Shown in pieces: positions 52,832 through 64,000 of a DNA stretch of 64,000 bases. Made by a program: the position numbers and the translations under genes. Position 1 is the first letter of the stretch; each line of letters starts with the position of its first letter. Source of the DNA: Octopus vulgaris. Its lineage: Eukaryota. The stretch covers positions 54,684,001-54,748,000 of the forward strand of contig OX597822.1 of the NCBI GenBank assembly GCA_951406725.2, written 5' to 3'. Below the pieces are notes generated by a model. That model was not told the origin of the DNA, ran no database searches, and saw nothing but the letters and a program-made list of their open reading frames with translations.

Positions 52832-54402
52832 ATTCTTTTTTTTGTTTCAATCATTTGACTGCAGCCATGTAGGAGCACCACCTTAAGGGGTTTTAGTCGA
52901 ACAAATCAACCCCAGGACTTATTCTTTATAAGTCCAGTACTTTTTCTATTGGCCGCTTTTGCTGGGCTGCTAAGTTACAGGGATGTAAAACCCCTAACAT
53001 CAGTTGTCAAGTGATGGGGCAGGGAGACAAACACAGACACAAACACACAAATATATACATGTATTTATATATATTTTCATATTCGCAGCAAGTTGCAAAA
53101 ACATTTTATCCCATTATCTTTCGTACCTCATTCGTTACTATTGTTAAACGTCTGTACTCATACAATAACTGCTTCGTTTTTCCTATCTTTTCTCTACGAA
53201 ATTTAACCCTTTAATCCTTCAATCCTTAATTTCCATCTTTTCCGCCATTCGTCTTCTTCTTTTCTTCTTCTTCTTCTTCTTCTTAGTCGCCATTACGATT
53301 TACGGTTCCCAATTTTTAGACTTCCTTTCTTCTCCAACAGCGGCTTCCGGCTTTCATATTCGCAGCAAGTTGCAAAAACATTTTATCCCATTATCTTTCG
53401 TACCTCATTCGTTACCATTGTTAAACGTCTGTACTCATACAATAACTGCTTCGTTTTTCCTATCTTTTCTCTACGAAATTTAACCCTTTAATCCTTCAAT
53501 CCTTAATTTCCATCTTTTCCGCCATTCGGCGGTGCCCCCGCCCTCCCACCCCCACCACCAATACCGGTGAACACTTCTCACCATCTACACTGGATATGTC
53601 CTCCTCCCCCACGTGTGTCTCTCCCTCCTACCCCTCCTTCACATATGCTTTCACTGTGTACTACCCCTTCCCCCCACCAAGTCAAGCTGCTAGTACCGCA
53701 GCTCATTAACTGCCCCACTGATCTTATGTTACCTCCTGTTTAGAATCTGGCACTGCCTCAATCCGACCATCTCCTTCCAGTCCCCCTCCCTGTCTCGTGA
53801 TATCCTACGTTTTTATTTCTTCTGCACCAACCCTTTCCTTGTCATCGTTCCTCCTTACCCAACCTTCCCCACTGGTGCTTCCCTTTATTACCTGCACCCC
53901 CCCACTATCTCTCCCTCTCTTTCCACTGGTGGAACCTTTCTCAGCTAGACCCCCCCAACTCAACTCTAGAAAAAGCTCGAACCGATCGTGACCGATGCCG
54001 GACCCCCTGGCCCCTGTGCAGGTGGCACGTAAAAAGCACCCAATCCACTCGCGGAGTGGTTGGCGTTAGGAAGGGCATCCAGCCGTAGAAACTCTGCCAG
54101 ATCAGACTGGAGCCTGGAGAGGCCTCTGGCTTCCCAGACCCCGGTCAAACCGTCCAACCCGTGCTAGCGCGGAAAACGGACGTTAAACGATGATGATGAT
54201 GATGATGATGATGATGATATATATATATACACACACATATACATACAATGGGCTTCTTTCAGTTTCTGTCTACCAAATCCACTCACAAGGCTTTGGTCGA
54301 CCCAAGGCTATAGTAGAAGACACTTGCCCAAGGTATACAGTGGGATTGAACCTGAAACCATGTGGTTGGGAAGCAAGCTTCTTACCACACAGCCATGCCT
54401 GT
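52832..54402 (-). mobile_element. SINE family A split by a 1.14 kb insertion
   Basis: Tail half at 52832-53074 and head half at 54218-54402; the break falls in its internal TA-rich tract. Confidence 0.85.
53075..54217 (+). mobile_element. Young composite retroelement: duplicated 177 bp 5' unit, C-rich body, family C 3' end
   Basis: 53075-53251 and 53352-53528 differ at one base; CpG-rich; ends in family C 53968-54217 with a long (ATG)n tail. Confidence 0.75.
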
Positions 54403-56235
54403 GTCTATGTTTGTGTCATATATTTTTATGTGGTTTCTGATCTAGATATAAATTTGTGGGGAAACAGAAAGGGCAATTATATCAGCCCCAATATTTGAGT
54501 GGAACTTTATTTTATCTGCAAAGTTGACCTTGATGGTATTTTAGTTCAACATGCAAAGAAGTCAAAGAAATATCACTAGACATTTTTTTCAATACTCTGA
54601 CAATTCTGTTAATCCATCAACTTCAATTAACTTGTGTCATTTCATTAGAAACAATATCTTTATTTAACTGGAGTGAAGCTGTATAATGCTGAAGACAATT
54701 ACTATCTTTTTAATTCTAATTCTAGAATAAGATGACATTACCAGTATGAAATATCAGTTATCTCAACCAACCAGCATATAATATCTACAGACAATACAGT
54801 TTTATCTCAGAGAATAGCATCAAGAAGTTGTAGCATCCATGCTTTAGAATAAAATCATAAAGATAAAACAATTTCAATAAGAAATCTTATGATAGGAAGT
54901 AAATGAAGTAAAAGTGGAAACATATAAAAATATAAAATATAGTTTCGAAAAGTCGAAAGACATTTAGTTAAAGAAATCTGTAGTAAATTATACATAGCAT
55001 GCCAGATAAGGTTAATTGTTTTATCAGTATGTTCTACTCAAAGTAATGAAGTTTGTTGATTTAATTGGGAAACTGATTTAATCTAATTTCAAATTCTCTA
55101 TTATATTTTGAATTTGTTTCTTGATGCACTAATTTCTACTGACAGAAAAAAAAATAAAAGGCCATGGATGGGAGAAGTTAGGGTCATAAAACCAAGTGAA
55201 AGTTGTCAGTACAGCCATTGGAACATTATATTTTTTAACTGACTCCTAAAATGTGACTACACACACAAAGACTACGCATATGAAGGAACAATATAACAAA
55301 TTGAATTGAGCCCAGCATTTACTTGGCACTTGATTTAGTGACTCTGGAGGGATGAAAGACAGTTGATACCAGCAAGATTTATACTCTGAATGTTAAGAAG
55401 AAAAATCTCAGTTTACTAGAGATTTAATAAAGCAAAGGCTGAATATCATTTCTAGAAAATTAAACATCCTTTGGTTCTGTTGAATTAAATTTTAGTGTCA
55501 GCTTCCCAATAAAACTGTATCTGAAAATCCATTGCTAACTTGACACCAGGAGTTATGAAAACAGTGAAAGAAGGAAGAGAGTTGTAGTTTTAAGGATTTT
55601 ATAAAGCATTTAATATGGACTTTGGAGAGGTTAGTATTCAATGAGATGGTGGAAGAAGGAAAATTGCTGCTGTTAGTCAGCAGATTTAGGTAGAAACTAT
55701 ATACACTCAACACATTCAGAGGAACAGAATGAAATTATAAAATTAATCAGAATGAGAACACTGGTGGACTGTAAGTGACTGAAGTTTGATTTTTGAAGAT
55801 ACAGTTCTCAACTTGAATATTCACAGTATGTGTACTATCTCAGATATAACTAGTAAGCCTATATAATAATTAGTTTATTGTAGTTAGTTGCTTAGGTATA
55901 CACAGCTTGTTAGTTGAGAGTAAACTGAAGCTGTTGAAATAGTGATAGAAGTCACAAGGAAATTAAACAATGTCTTGCTACTTGATGTAATATGTTGGAG
56001 AGGAAATTTTTACTAATCAGACAGATGGTCTGTTTTGGACATTAGTGTAGGTAGCAGCAGCCCAAATATACAGAAAATAGCCAATTATGGGATTCAATTA
56101 TGATGTATAATAAATCCAGCAGCTGATCTTTACCAACATTGAAGAGGAAGCCAAACCTTTTGTTTGCATTGAAGCCACAGGTAGGAAAATGTGAGCTCCT
56201 ACAAATTTTCAGTTGTACAAGTTTATCATTTACAT

Positions 56236-57386
56236 TAGTGTCTGCCAATCTGTGTGCTGAGAGAGATTACTGGAGTGCTGTGAAAGATTACTGGAGTGCT
56301 GTGAAAAATGTTTTCGGGATTTTCAGGAAACAACAATCCAAGAAAATGAACAAATTTCAAGTGTATATATAAATTAATTATTTAAATCATAGATTACATG
56401 AAATCGCATTCCCTATGATGCAGACGTTTTATATCCCTATGTGAAATTATGGATTCTGATTTTAAGTGTTTACTGCTTCATACAGAAGTGCGATGGCTCT
56501 CGAAAGGAAAAGTATTCATTCGATTTCTTTCTTTGCGAACTGAAATAATATGTTTCTTTGATGCTGAAAATTTTGGATTTGAATTTCTCAGCGATGATAA
56601 TTGGTGGTTCGAAGTAGCATTTCTCAACGATCTTTTTGAGAAGTTGAACGTTTTAAATTTGAGTCTGCATGGAGCGAATGAAAATATTATTACAATTACA
56701 AATTAAAGTCTTTCACTGGCAAGTTAGAATTGTGGGTAAGGAAAGTTAAAAACTCGCAGCTTGATTGCTTCCCAAGCGTAGAGGCTTTTCTAAACAAATT
56801 AAAAATTTTGTCGGAAGTGCAGAAGACAGTAGAAAACCTTACTGTATCATGTTCTATGTATTTTCCATCATTTGCTTAATATTAATGGAAGAAGAAAATT
56901 TAATAGACTTGAAAAACAATCTTGTGCACATAACCTCATTTTCTGTGCTAGAATTTTCAGAATTTTGGATTTAGTTTTGGAGCTAATAATCTCGATTAGC
57001 TACTATAGCCATTAAATCTCTGTTGCGCTTTGGATCATCGTATCTTTGTGAATTAGGTATCTCTGCTCTTATGGAAATAAAGTAAAAAAAATGGTAGATG
57101 AGGAAGTTACATATTTGTTTATCTAATTTAGAGCCGCGTTTTGACAAAATTCTTTCTCAAAATCACTTGCATCCTTCTCACTAAAAACATTATTGTATCA
57201 TATATATATTTATATATATTATATGTTCATAAAACAATGTTATTCTATTGTTACTATAATAAGAATTTATTTTTATTCATACTAATATAGTATATTCAAT
57301 TTTGTTGGGATTTTTAATTAGTGTGCTGCAAAATAAATTCTCCTTACCCATTGTGTTGTACAGTAAAAAAAGTTTGGCAGACACAG
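56236..57386 (+). mobile_element. Internally deleted hAT Charlie/Buster transposon
   Basis: TIRs tagtgtctgccaatct / agtttggcagacacag; TSD atttacat / attcacac; LLLHTEVRWLSKGKV, AFLNDLFEKLNVLNLSLHG, FGSSYLCELGISAL, NLEPRFDK...HPSH*. Confidence 0.92.
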
Positions 57387-58715
57387 ATTCACACATTTGA
57401 CAGTCATCTTCTAGAAGTTTCATCTATTGATGAATGCTTCTCAGTTAATAAATTTTTCCAGGTATCAGAAGCTGTATTTTTGGTTGTTTGGCTGTAACAC
57501 AGCATCATTTTGCCTGATCTATGTTTGGAGATATAGAGGAGTGATACAACTCAGAGAAATTCTCTTTGCTACTGAGTTTGCTGTCCTATAGTGCTCAAAT
57601 ATTAAACATTTCTTTTTCATGGTTTGTTAGAATGGAATTGACTGACGTCTTAATGATCAAAAAGAATATGGCACTAGTGATAAGGAATGTATAGAATTTT
57701 GATATTTAAAAATCAGCCCTGATTGAGCAGACCGATGGTCAAAAGTGCTCCAGCTGTGAACGTCAGGTCTTCTTATAAATGACATTTAGCCCTGAATCAC
57801 TGTATTGTCCAGTATACAAATTGATGTACTAAATAAGTTGAAGTAGATTTTTCAAACAAAATGTCAATGTTTAAGTCTGTACTTGTTGTATTAGTTGACA
57901 CTCTTTCTCCTAAATAGCTATTCTCCCAGAGATTCTTCATTGACTTGCCTTTTCTGGCTGTAAATTTTGGTCTGAAAAACATGACTTGTATGCTGAAAAA
58001 GACAGTATCCAGTGTGTTCTTTCTTTAAAATTTGATTATTATTTTCAGCAGGTCAAGTGACTATGGAGATGCTCTCATGTTGGTTCCAATTTTGATGAAA
58101 TTTGGAATGTATTTAGAACAAGAAACAATGATTAGAAGGCCTTTTAGATGGATAAGTTGTGGCACATGAGCAAAAGATTGGTTTGGCAGCAATGAAGAGA
58201 TCAAAAGGCTTAGTAGTCTTAGCGGGGGAATGGTATGTAGTCGGAATAAGGAGTGAAGAAATTATCTAATATTGACTAATTAGAATGGCAAATGCTTCAG
58301 ATCCTAGAGCAGCTAAATTGTTGTGTATGTTGTGAAGAACAAATTCCTTCATTGATAAGTAAGTATGCTCTTCCTGTAGTAAACCAGACCTTGTCATTTA
58401 CAAATAATTGCACTAAGACATTTTGCTTTTAAAGAAACTTCTTTTATAAATATTTTGTACTATTTTTGTTTACTTATGTCTGAAAGTGAATTTTAGTTGG
58501 TGTCATGGAAACTAATAAACTGTTTATTTAAAATTTTTTTTTTATTGACAGAATTTATTGATTTATTTTTTATCTTCTAAGTCTTAGATTTGTTTTTTGT
58601 TTTTGTTTTCTTTTTCTTTGAAAATGTTTTCTTCACATTAGTTCTTTGTTGAAATGCTTTTGAAAATTGCTTTTTACTTGTTTATTTATTCATTTATTTT
58701 TGTTTTTATTTTCAG

Positions 58716-58764
58716 ATGAAATACCTGAACATACCAAACGTCAATGGGAAAACATAGAGAAAAG
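58716..58764 (+). CDS. PDE9A-like: Coding exon of PDE9A-like gene (49 nt)
   Basis: Long T-rich tract plus cag acceptor, AAG|gtttgc donor, phase 1-2; (D)EIPEHTKRQWENIEK(R) keeps frame with both neighbours and matches the LEKR junction region of PDE9. Confidence 0.75.
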
Positions 58765-59512
58765 GTTTGCATAATTTGTTTTCCACATTCTATTACATTG
58801 ACTTATTACTTTCGTGGTTAGAGAGATAGAAAACTAGAGTACATGAACTCATTATAATGCAATCTTTGTTCTATAAGACATTTCCATCATGTTATAAATT
58901 AATGCTATTTATCATTTTGAAGAAATGGAAAATGCATACTTACATCACCTGTGTGATTGCACACAAACACACACACACACACACATACATTGAAAATCTT
59001 CTATAAAGATTAATCTCAGTATAGTTTTCTTCTTTATGGGGAAGATCCAGACATCATTACATTTTATGCAAAATCAAGATGGAATAATTCATGCTATAAA
59101 CAGTGAAAAATGATTTTTACAAGAAATTTTTTATTAATTACTATCAATCTCCAGATTTATTGTAATTAAATCATTCTGTTGATCTTTGCTGCCTAATCTG
59201 TTAGAAATAACAGTCAAACTTCCCTGTCATCTTAAAAAGAAAAATGGAATGAGAGCATGTTCATTCAGCATTTATTATACTTTAAATCTTAACATTTTCT
59301 GAATTTTTTTGAAATCAAGAGCCCACTGTTGTAATTATCCTACTACAGAACAGAAATGAACAATAGAGAAAGGGGTTAGAGTATTTCCCTTACATTAGAT
59401 AGTTGCTCTTTTCCTTCAAAATGAATGTAAGCAAAGTTTGTATGATTTTTGTGATATGGTACATTTCAGGATTGACTGACTGGTGCAGTCCTATGTGGTA
59501 CTGTGTCAATCA

Positions 59513-59742
59513 GGCGGCGAGCTGGCAGAAATGTTAGCACGCCAGGCGAAATGCTTAGCGGTATTTTGTCTGCGTTACGTTGTGAGTTCAAATTCCGCCG
59601 AGGTCGACTTTGCCTTTCATCCTTTCGGGGTCGATAAATTAAGTACCAGTTACGCACTGGGGTCGATGTAATCGACTTAGTACCTATGTCTGTCTTTGTT
59701 TGTCCCCTCTGTGTTTAGCCCCTTGTGGGTAATAAAGAAATA
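59513..59742 (+). mobile_element. Young full-length SINE family B with TSD
   Basis: GGCGGCGAGCTGGCAGAA...GAGTTCAAATTCC (B box), gtcgactttgcctttcatcctttcggggtcgataaa (Deu/Nin-like); TSD ggtactgtgtcaatca at 59497 and 59743. Confidence 0.92.
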
Positions 59743-61225
59743 GGTACTGTGTCAATCAGGAAGTTAAGAGTTGAATAAAGACAGGGGATGCTTACCTGAG
59801 GACGACTTAGGGGTAAACAGTATCATCTGTTCAACTTCCTCTTCTGACTCAAATACTTGAAATAGATTCGTTCAAATACTTGAAATAGATTCGTTATGTC
59901 TTTTCACATCTCAAGTTAATGAGAGCGTCTGTACATGGCTGTTTGATATGCTAGATGCAACAACCAAACATCCATTGAATCGCATCCTATCACTTTAAAA
60001 TAAAGAGATATTGGATAATGTAGTCATTGATATGCAAAAAAGGCAGGTGTGATTGGTTAGGACATACTTGAGGCCAATCAACAATTATCTGTTATTTCTT
60101 GTACAGCTTCTAGTCTATGTCATTCTCCATTGTCAACCTGTTCAATGCCATCAAAATCAAATTCCAAATAAGGTGTAATTTCAGGATTATTATTATAGTG
60201 GATTAGTCAGTTTAAAGTGATTCTTTTTAAAGAAAGAAACTGTCTATATATCTGTGTGTATGTTTATGTGTTTGAGAAAGAGAGAATGTTAGAGAGAGAC
60301 AGAGATTAGGATATATATATATATATATATTTTGTACATTTTATGTTTGTTTTCCATACTAGTATGGGTTAGATGAGTATATTATCAAGGCATTGTTTTA
60401 CAGTCAGTTGTCTTTTCTGCTGCCAGAAAAATTGTGAGCTACAACTGGTGAAGCAATTATCATTTTCTCCTATTAACAAATCATCTACTGGCTTTGCAAC
60501 TTCAAACACTTGTGAAGTAAGAAATACCTTACTTGAAAAACCAGCAATGGTTAATGACAGGAAGAGCATCTAGCTGTAAAACAATGCCTCAATAATATAT
60601 TTATCTAACCTCTGGACTTGAAAACAAGTGATCTAGTTTTATTGTGGGTTGGCTTATGTTTTTCAAAACTTTTCTTGTAATGTAATGTTCTATGTTGGCT
60701 CCTTCTTGTTAATGTTATGGAATAACAAAGGATGATAAATTTAGCTACTTCAGTTAAAATCAGAGACAGGTATAAATAGACAGATTATGTAACTGTGAGA
60801 CTATTCCAATAGGATTTGAAGTGAAGTTTTTGAGTCACCAAACTTGTACAGCATAGTAGATACCTTCATCTATTTAACTAATCATCTGAATCACTTCATT
60901 GTCATATCCTTGTCCACCACCACCACCATCATCATCTTTGCATATCTATCATTATTATAAGCATTAGTGTCTTCTTCATTATCACTAACTTTCCCAACAG
61001 GGAATGGGGGATGTGCTGCATTTGTATGTCCAATGTAACAATGTACATGCATAGAGCAGTGAGCCACTAGTTACCACTAGTTGGTCAACTCACCATTGCT
61101 TAGCTGTTCTGTATTTGATGGCTCATGTCACAAACTGAGAGAGCGAGGTGGGGTTGGGAGAAATATGTTGTTTATTTTATTATTATAGCTATTTATCATG
61201 TTTTATTTATTTTCTTTCTTTACAG

Positions 61226-61325
61226 GCTATCAACTTTGGAGAACCTTGTCCTTTATCAGACTACCATGCCAAAATGTGTTGAAGAAATACTGACAAAAAT
61301 GAACAATGTTAAAAACAAAGTAGAG
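61226..61325 (+). CDS. PDE9A-like: Coding exon of PDE9A-like gene (100 nt, coiled-coil-like)
   Basis: tttctttctttacag acceptor, GAG|gttaag donor, phase 2-0; (R)LSTLENLVLYQTTMPKCVEEILTKMNNVKNKVE. Confidence 0.75.
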
Positions 61326-61610
61326 GTTAAGACTGTTTCTCCATCATTTTATTTTTTCACCTTCACTTGTGACCTCGCCAATGATTTATTATTTTCATTG
61401 TTCTGTGATATTAATTTATAGCATTCTCTGAGTTCTGACATATAGGTTTCTTTCTTATTAGTGTTGTGAAATGATTCAACTCTTTATTTAACCTATGTAA
61501 ATTATAAGATACAAGAGGAGATGCTAGCTCTCTCTTCTACTATTTCTCATGTTCTCAGTTTATAAGTGGATTCGGTAGACAGAGACTAAAAGAAGCCCCT
61601 CATACATATT

Positions 61611-61661
<51 letters not shown>

Positions 61662-62344
61662 TGCATGTACACACTCACACACACACACAAACACACACAA
61701 AATAGGATAGTATTTTATTCTTTACACACACAATATAATTTCATTTGGGTGTTAACTTTGGAGTTTATCTTATTAAGCTCATCTATGGCTACAGGCTATC
61801 AAACAGATGGTTAACTGGAGATTGTTTGCTTTATCAAACACATGTCTGAAAATTCACAAGTATCTGCAAGTATCTACAATTAAAAACAAGATGGAGAGTG
61901 CAAGTCCTTCTATTACTTTATTTACAATTGTTTCATTGAAATTCAATCTCATGAGTGTTGTTATATAATGCAATAATATATGCAACAATTTATTCATGAG
62001 GTCTCCAACTCAACTCATCAGAATTCTGTAAAAAATTCATTTGCTGTAGATACTTGAATTACCAATAATTCATGCCCATGTTCAGTCAGGCATGTTTACA
62101 TGACTACATTTGCATATTACTATTAAAACAAAATAACAAATCACTGGTTTGGATTAACTGGTCAAAAAGAAAGGATGTATAGAATAAAAAAGACCTCTAG
62201 TCTAAATTGTTGCATAAACCATTGCATCATATATAATTACAAACAAGGAGAATGGAGTCCTTTTATTACATTTATTTTGAATTGTTTCATTGAAATTTGA
62301 TCTCATGAATATTGTTATGTGTGTGTTTTTATACACACACACAC

Positions 62345-62418
<74 letters not shown>

Positions 62419-62741
62419 GTTTGCAAAAAGTTTTTGTTTATAGGGATATGTTATCCAAGCAGGCTCCAGTTTTGCTCTACTATCAATTGATAATTCTGGT
62501 TATGACTATGAACTAATGTTTATGGTTGTTAGTTTGACCATTCTTTGGCCAGTGGTTTTTTTGGTCACACCGAACTGTATTGATATAATGAACCGATATA
62601 TACAGTAATAATAAGAATCCTTGGATGGAATTTATAAATCTGTGGAAACGCATGTAACAATGCATTAAAGTATTTATAAATTCCATTCATAGATTATTAT
62701 TATTAATACAATATATATATATATACACACACACACATGCA

Positions 62742-62895
62742 CAGGTGGGTGGGACTGTGTGGTAAGAAGTTCATTTTACACTCACATAATCTTTAGATTC
62801 AACTCCACTGCATATATATGGACAAATGTGTTCTACTATAGCCCTGCAAAGTCTTGTGAGTGGATCTGGTAGATGAAAACTGAAAGAAGCCCATC
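62742..62895 (+). mobile_element. SINE family A 5' half (old)
   Basis: gactgtgtggtaagaag...agattcaactccactgc...cttgtgagtggatctggtagatgaaaactgaaagaagccc. Confidence 0.75.
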
Positions 62896-63026
62896 ATTTA
62901 TGTATGTGTGTGTCCATGTATGTGCATGCTTGTTTCTCTGCAGAAACATAAAAAGATAGGTTGTTTCGAACAACATAGTTATTCCAGTTAAAGTCGAGGA
63001 TTAAGATAGATATAAGTAGATAGATG

Positions 63027-63195
63027 ACTACACTCATGGAGTGGTTGGCGTTAGGAAGGGCATCCAGCCGTAGAAACACTGCCAGATCTGACTAGGCCTG
63101 ATGAAGCCTTCTGGCTTCACAGACCCCAGTTGAACCGTCCAACCCATGCTAGCATGGAAAACGGATGCTAAACGATGATGATGATAATGATGATG
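63027..63195 (+). mobile_element. Family C 3' fragment
   Basis: ggagtggttggcgttaggaagggcatccagccgtagaaac...catggaaaacggatgctaaacgatgatg. Confidence 0.85.
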
Positions 63196-63339
63196 GCTAG
63201 ATAGACATACAGACAGACAGATATGGTATGGTATGTAATTGTAAAACTATTCCTATAGGATTTGAAGTGAAGCTCTTGAGCCACCAGTCTGTTACAATAC
63301 AGCAAATCTCATCTGTTTGTCACCTGCAGCCGAACATCT

Positions 63340-63907
63340 GAGACACTTCATCATCATCATCCTCTTCTCTCTTGTTAGCATTAGCGTCTTTTTTTCATTA
63401 CCACTAACATCTCCATCATCCTCATCATCGTTATGGCCACCACTGTCACCAGCATCAGCATCTACAATGTCATATCATGTCACTGCCATGATTATTGCTA
63501 ATAAAACTATTGGAATGATTATTATCTACACTCTGTCACCAGCACCACACCACCATCACTACCACCACCTCTTCCACTGCTATCCACATCATGATCCATA
63601 CTGTCACTATCAGCACTGTTATCAGTATCCATACCATCAGCACTGTTACCTTTACCTCCACCACCACCACCACCACCTCCATCATAATGATAATTACCAT
63701 CATTATAGATCAGTAATAGACAGGATGCACATTGTTGACCCTTGGCTGTTCACTCAGCCATAGCGCCTCTCTGTCTCTCTCCTCCTCTCTTTCTCGTCCT
63801 CCACCTCTCTTTCTCGTCCTCCACCCCTCTCTCTTGTCCTCCACCACTATCTCTCGCCCTCCACCCCTCTCTCTCGTCCTCCACCCCTCTCTCTGTCTGT
63901 CTGTCGG

Positions 63908-63938
<31 letters not shown>

Positions 63939-63950
63939 TACACACACAAT
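63340..63950. repeat. Cryptic (CAT/CAC)n region, CT-rich minisatellite and (CA)n
   Basis: Read directly; ctctcgtcctccacc units at 63785-63890; source of the His-rich ORF. Confidence 0.85.
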
Positions 63951-64000
63951 TCATTGTTTACCTTCTGAAGCTTTAACAAGAGACATTATCCAGTTGGTCA

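Noticed and set aside
56449-56706. Domesticated ZBED/SCAND3/FAM200-like gene
   Set aside because: Frameshifted, internally deleted and flanked by TIRs and TSD, so a dead transposon.

Overview
AT-rich, microsatellite-dense eukaryotic DNA whose SINE repertoire points to an octopus (coleoid cephalopod) genome; the taxon is an inference. Most of the window looks like intronic or flanking sequence of one + strand gene. Three phase-compatible coding exons (39899-40048, 58716-58764, 61226-61325) splice to DTFRSVAETGPNDILKLLNKEGFYIQISPNTPQNTPEDRYKLEVVARVWGDEIPEHTKRQWENIEKRLSTLENLVLYQTTMPKCVEEILTKMNNVKNKVE, which resembles the N-terminal region of PDE9A-like cGMP phosphodiesterases. The catalytic exons would lie downstream of the window, and I did not find the first coding exon with confidence. 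The rest is layered transposon debris: several SINE families (labelled A, B and C here, plus a CORE-type copy), RTE and R4/Dong-type LINE 3' ends, a Penelope-like GIY-YIG remnant, Helitron pieces, a full-length decayed mariner, a long-TIR deleted mariner, a Charlie/Buster hAT and several hAT MITEs with 8-bp TSDs. Most ORF-track entries are artefacts of microsatellites or SINEs. The least explained signal is a set of ~260-300 bp AT-rich units that carry a tRNA-like Pol III cassette with an oligo-T terminator and occur as partial tandem plus inverted copies (3.8-4.2, 35.7-36.0, 51.2-52.0 kb). No database searches were run; family names come from motif recognition.
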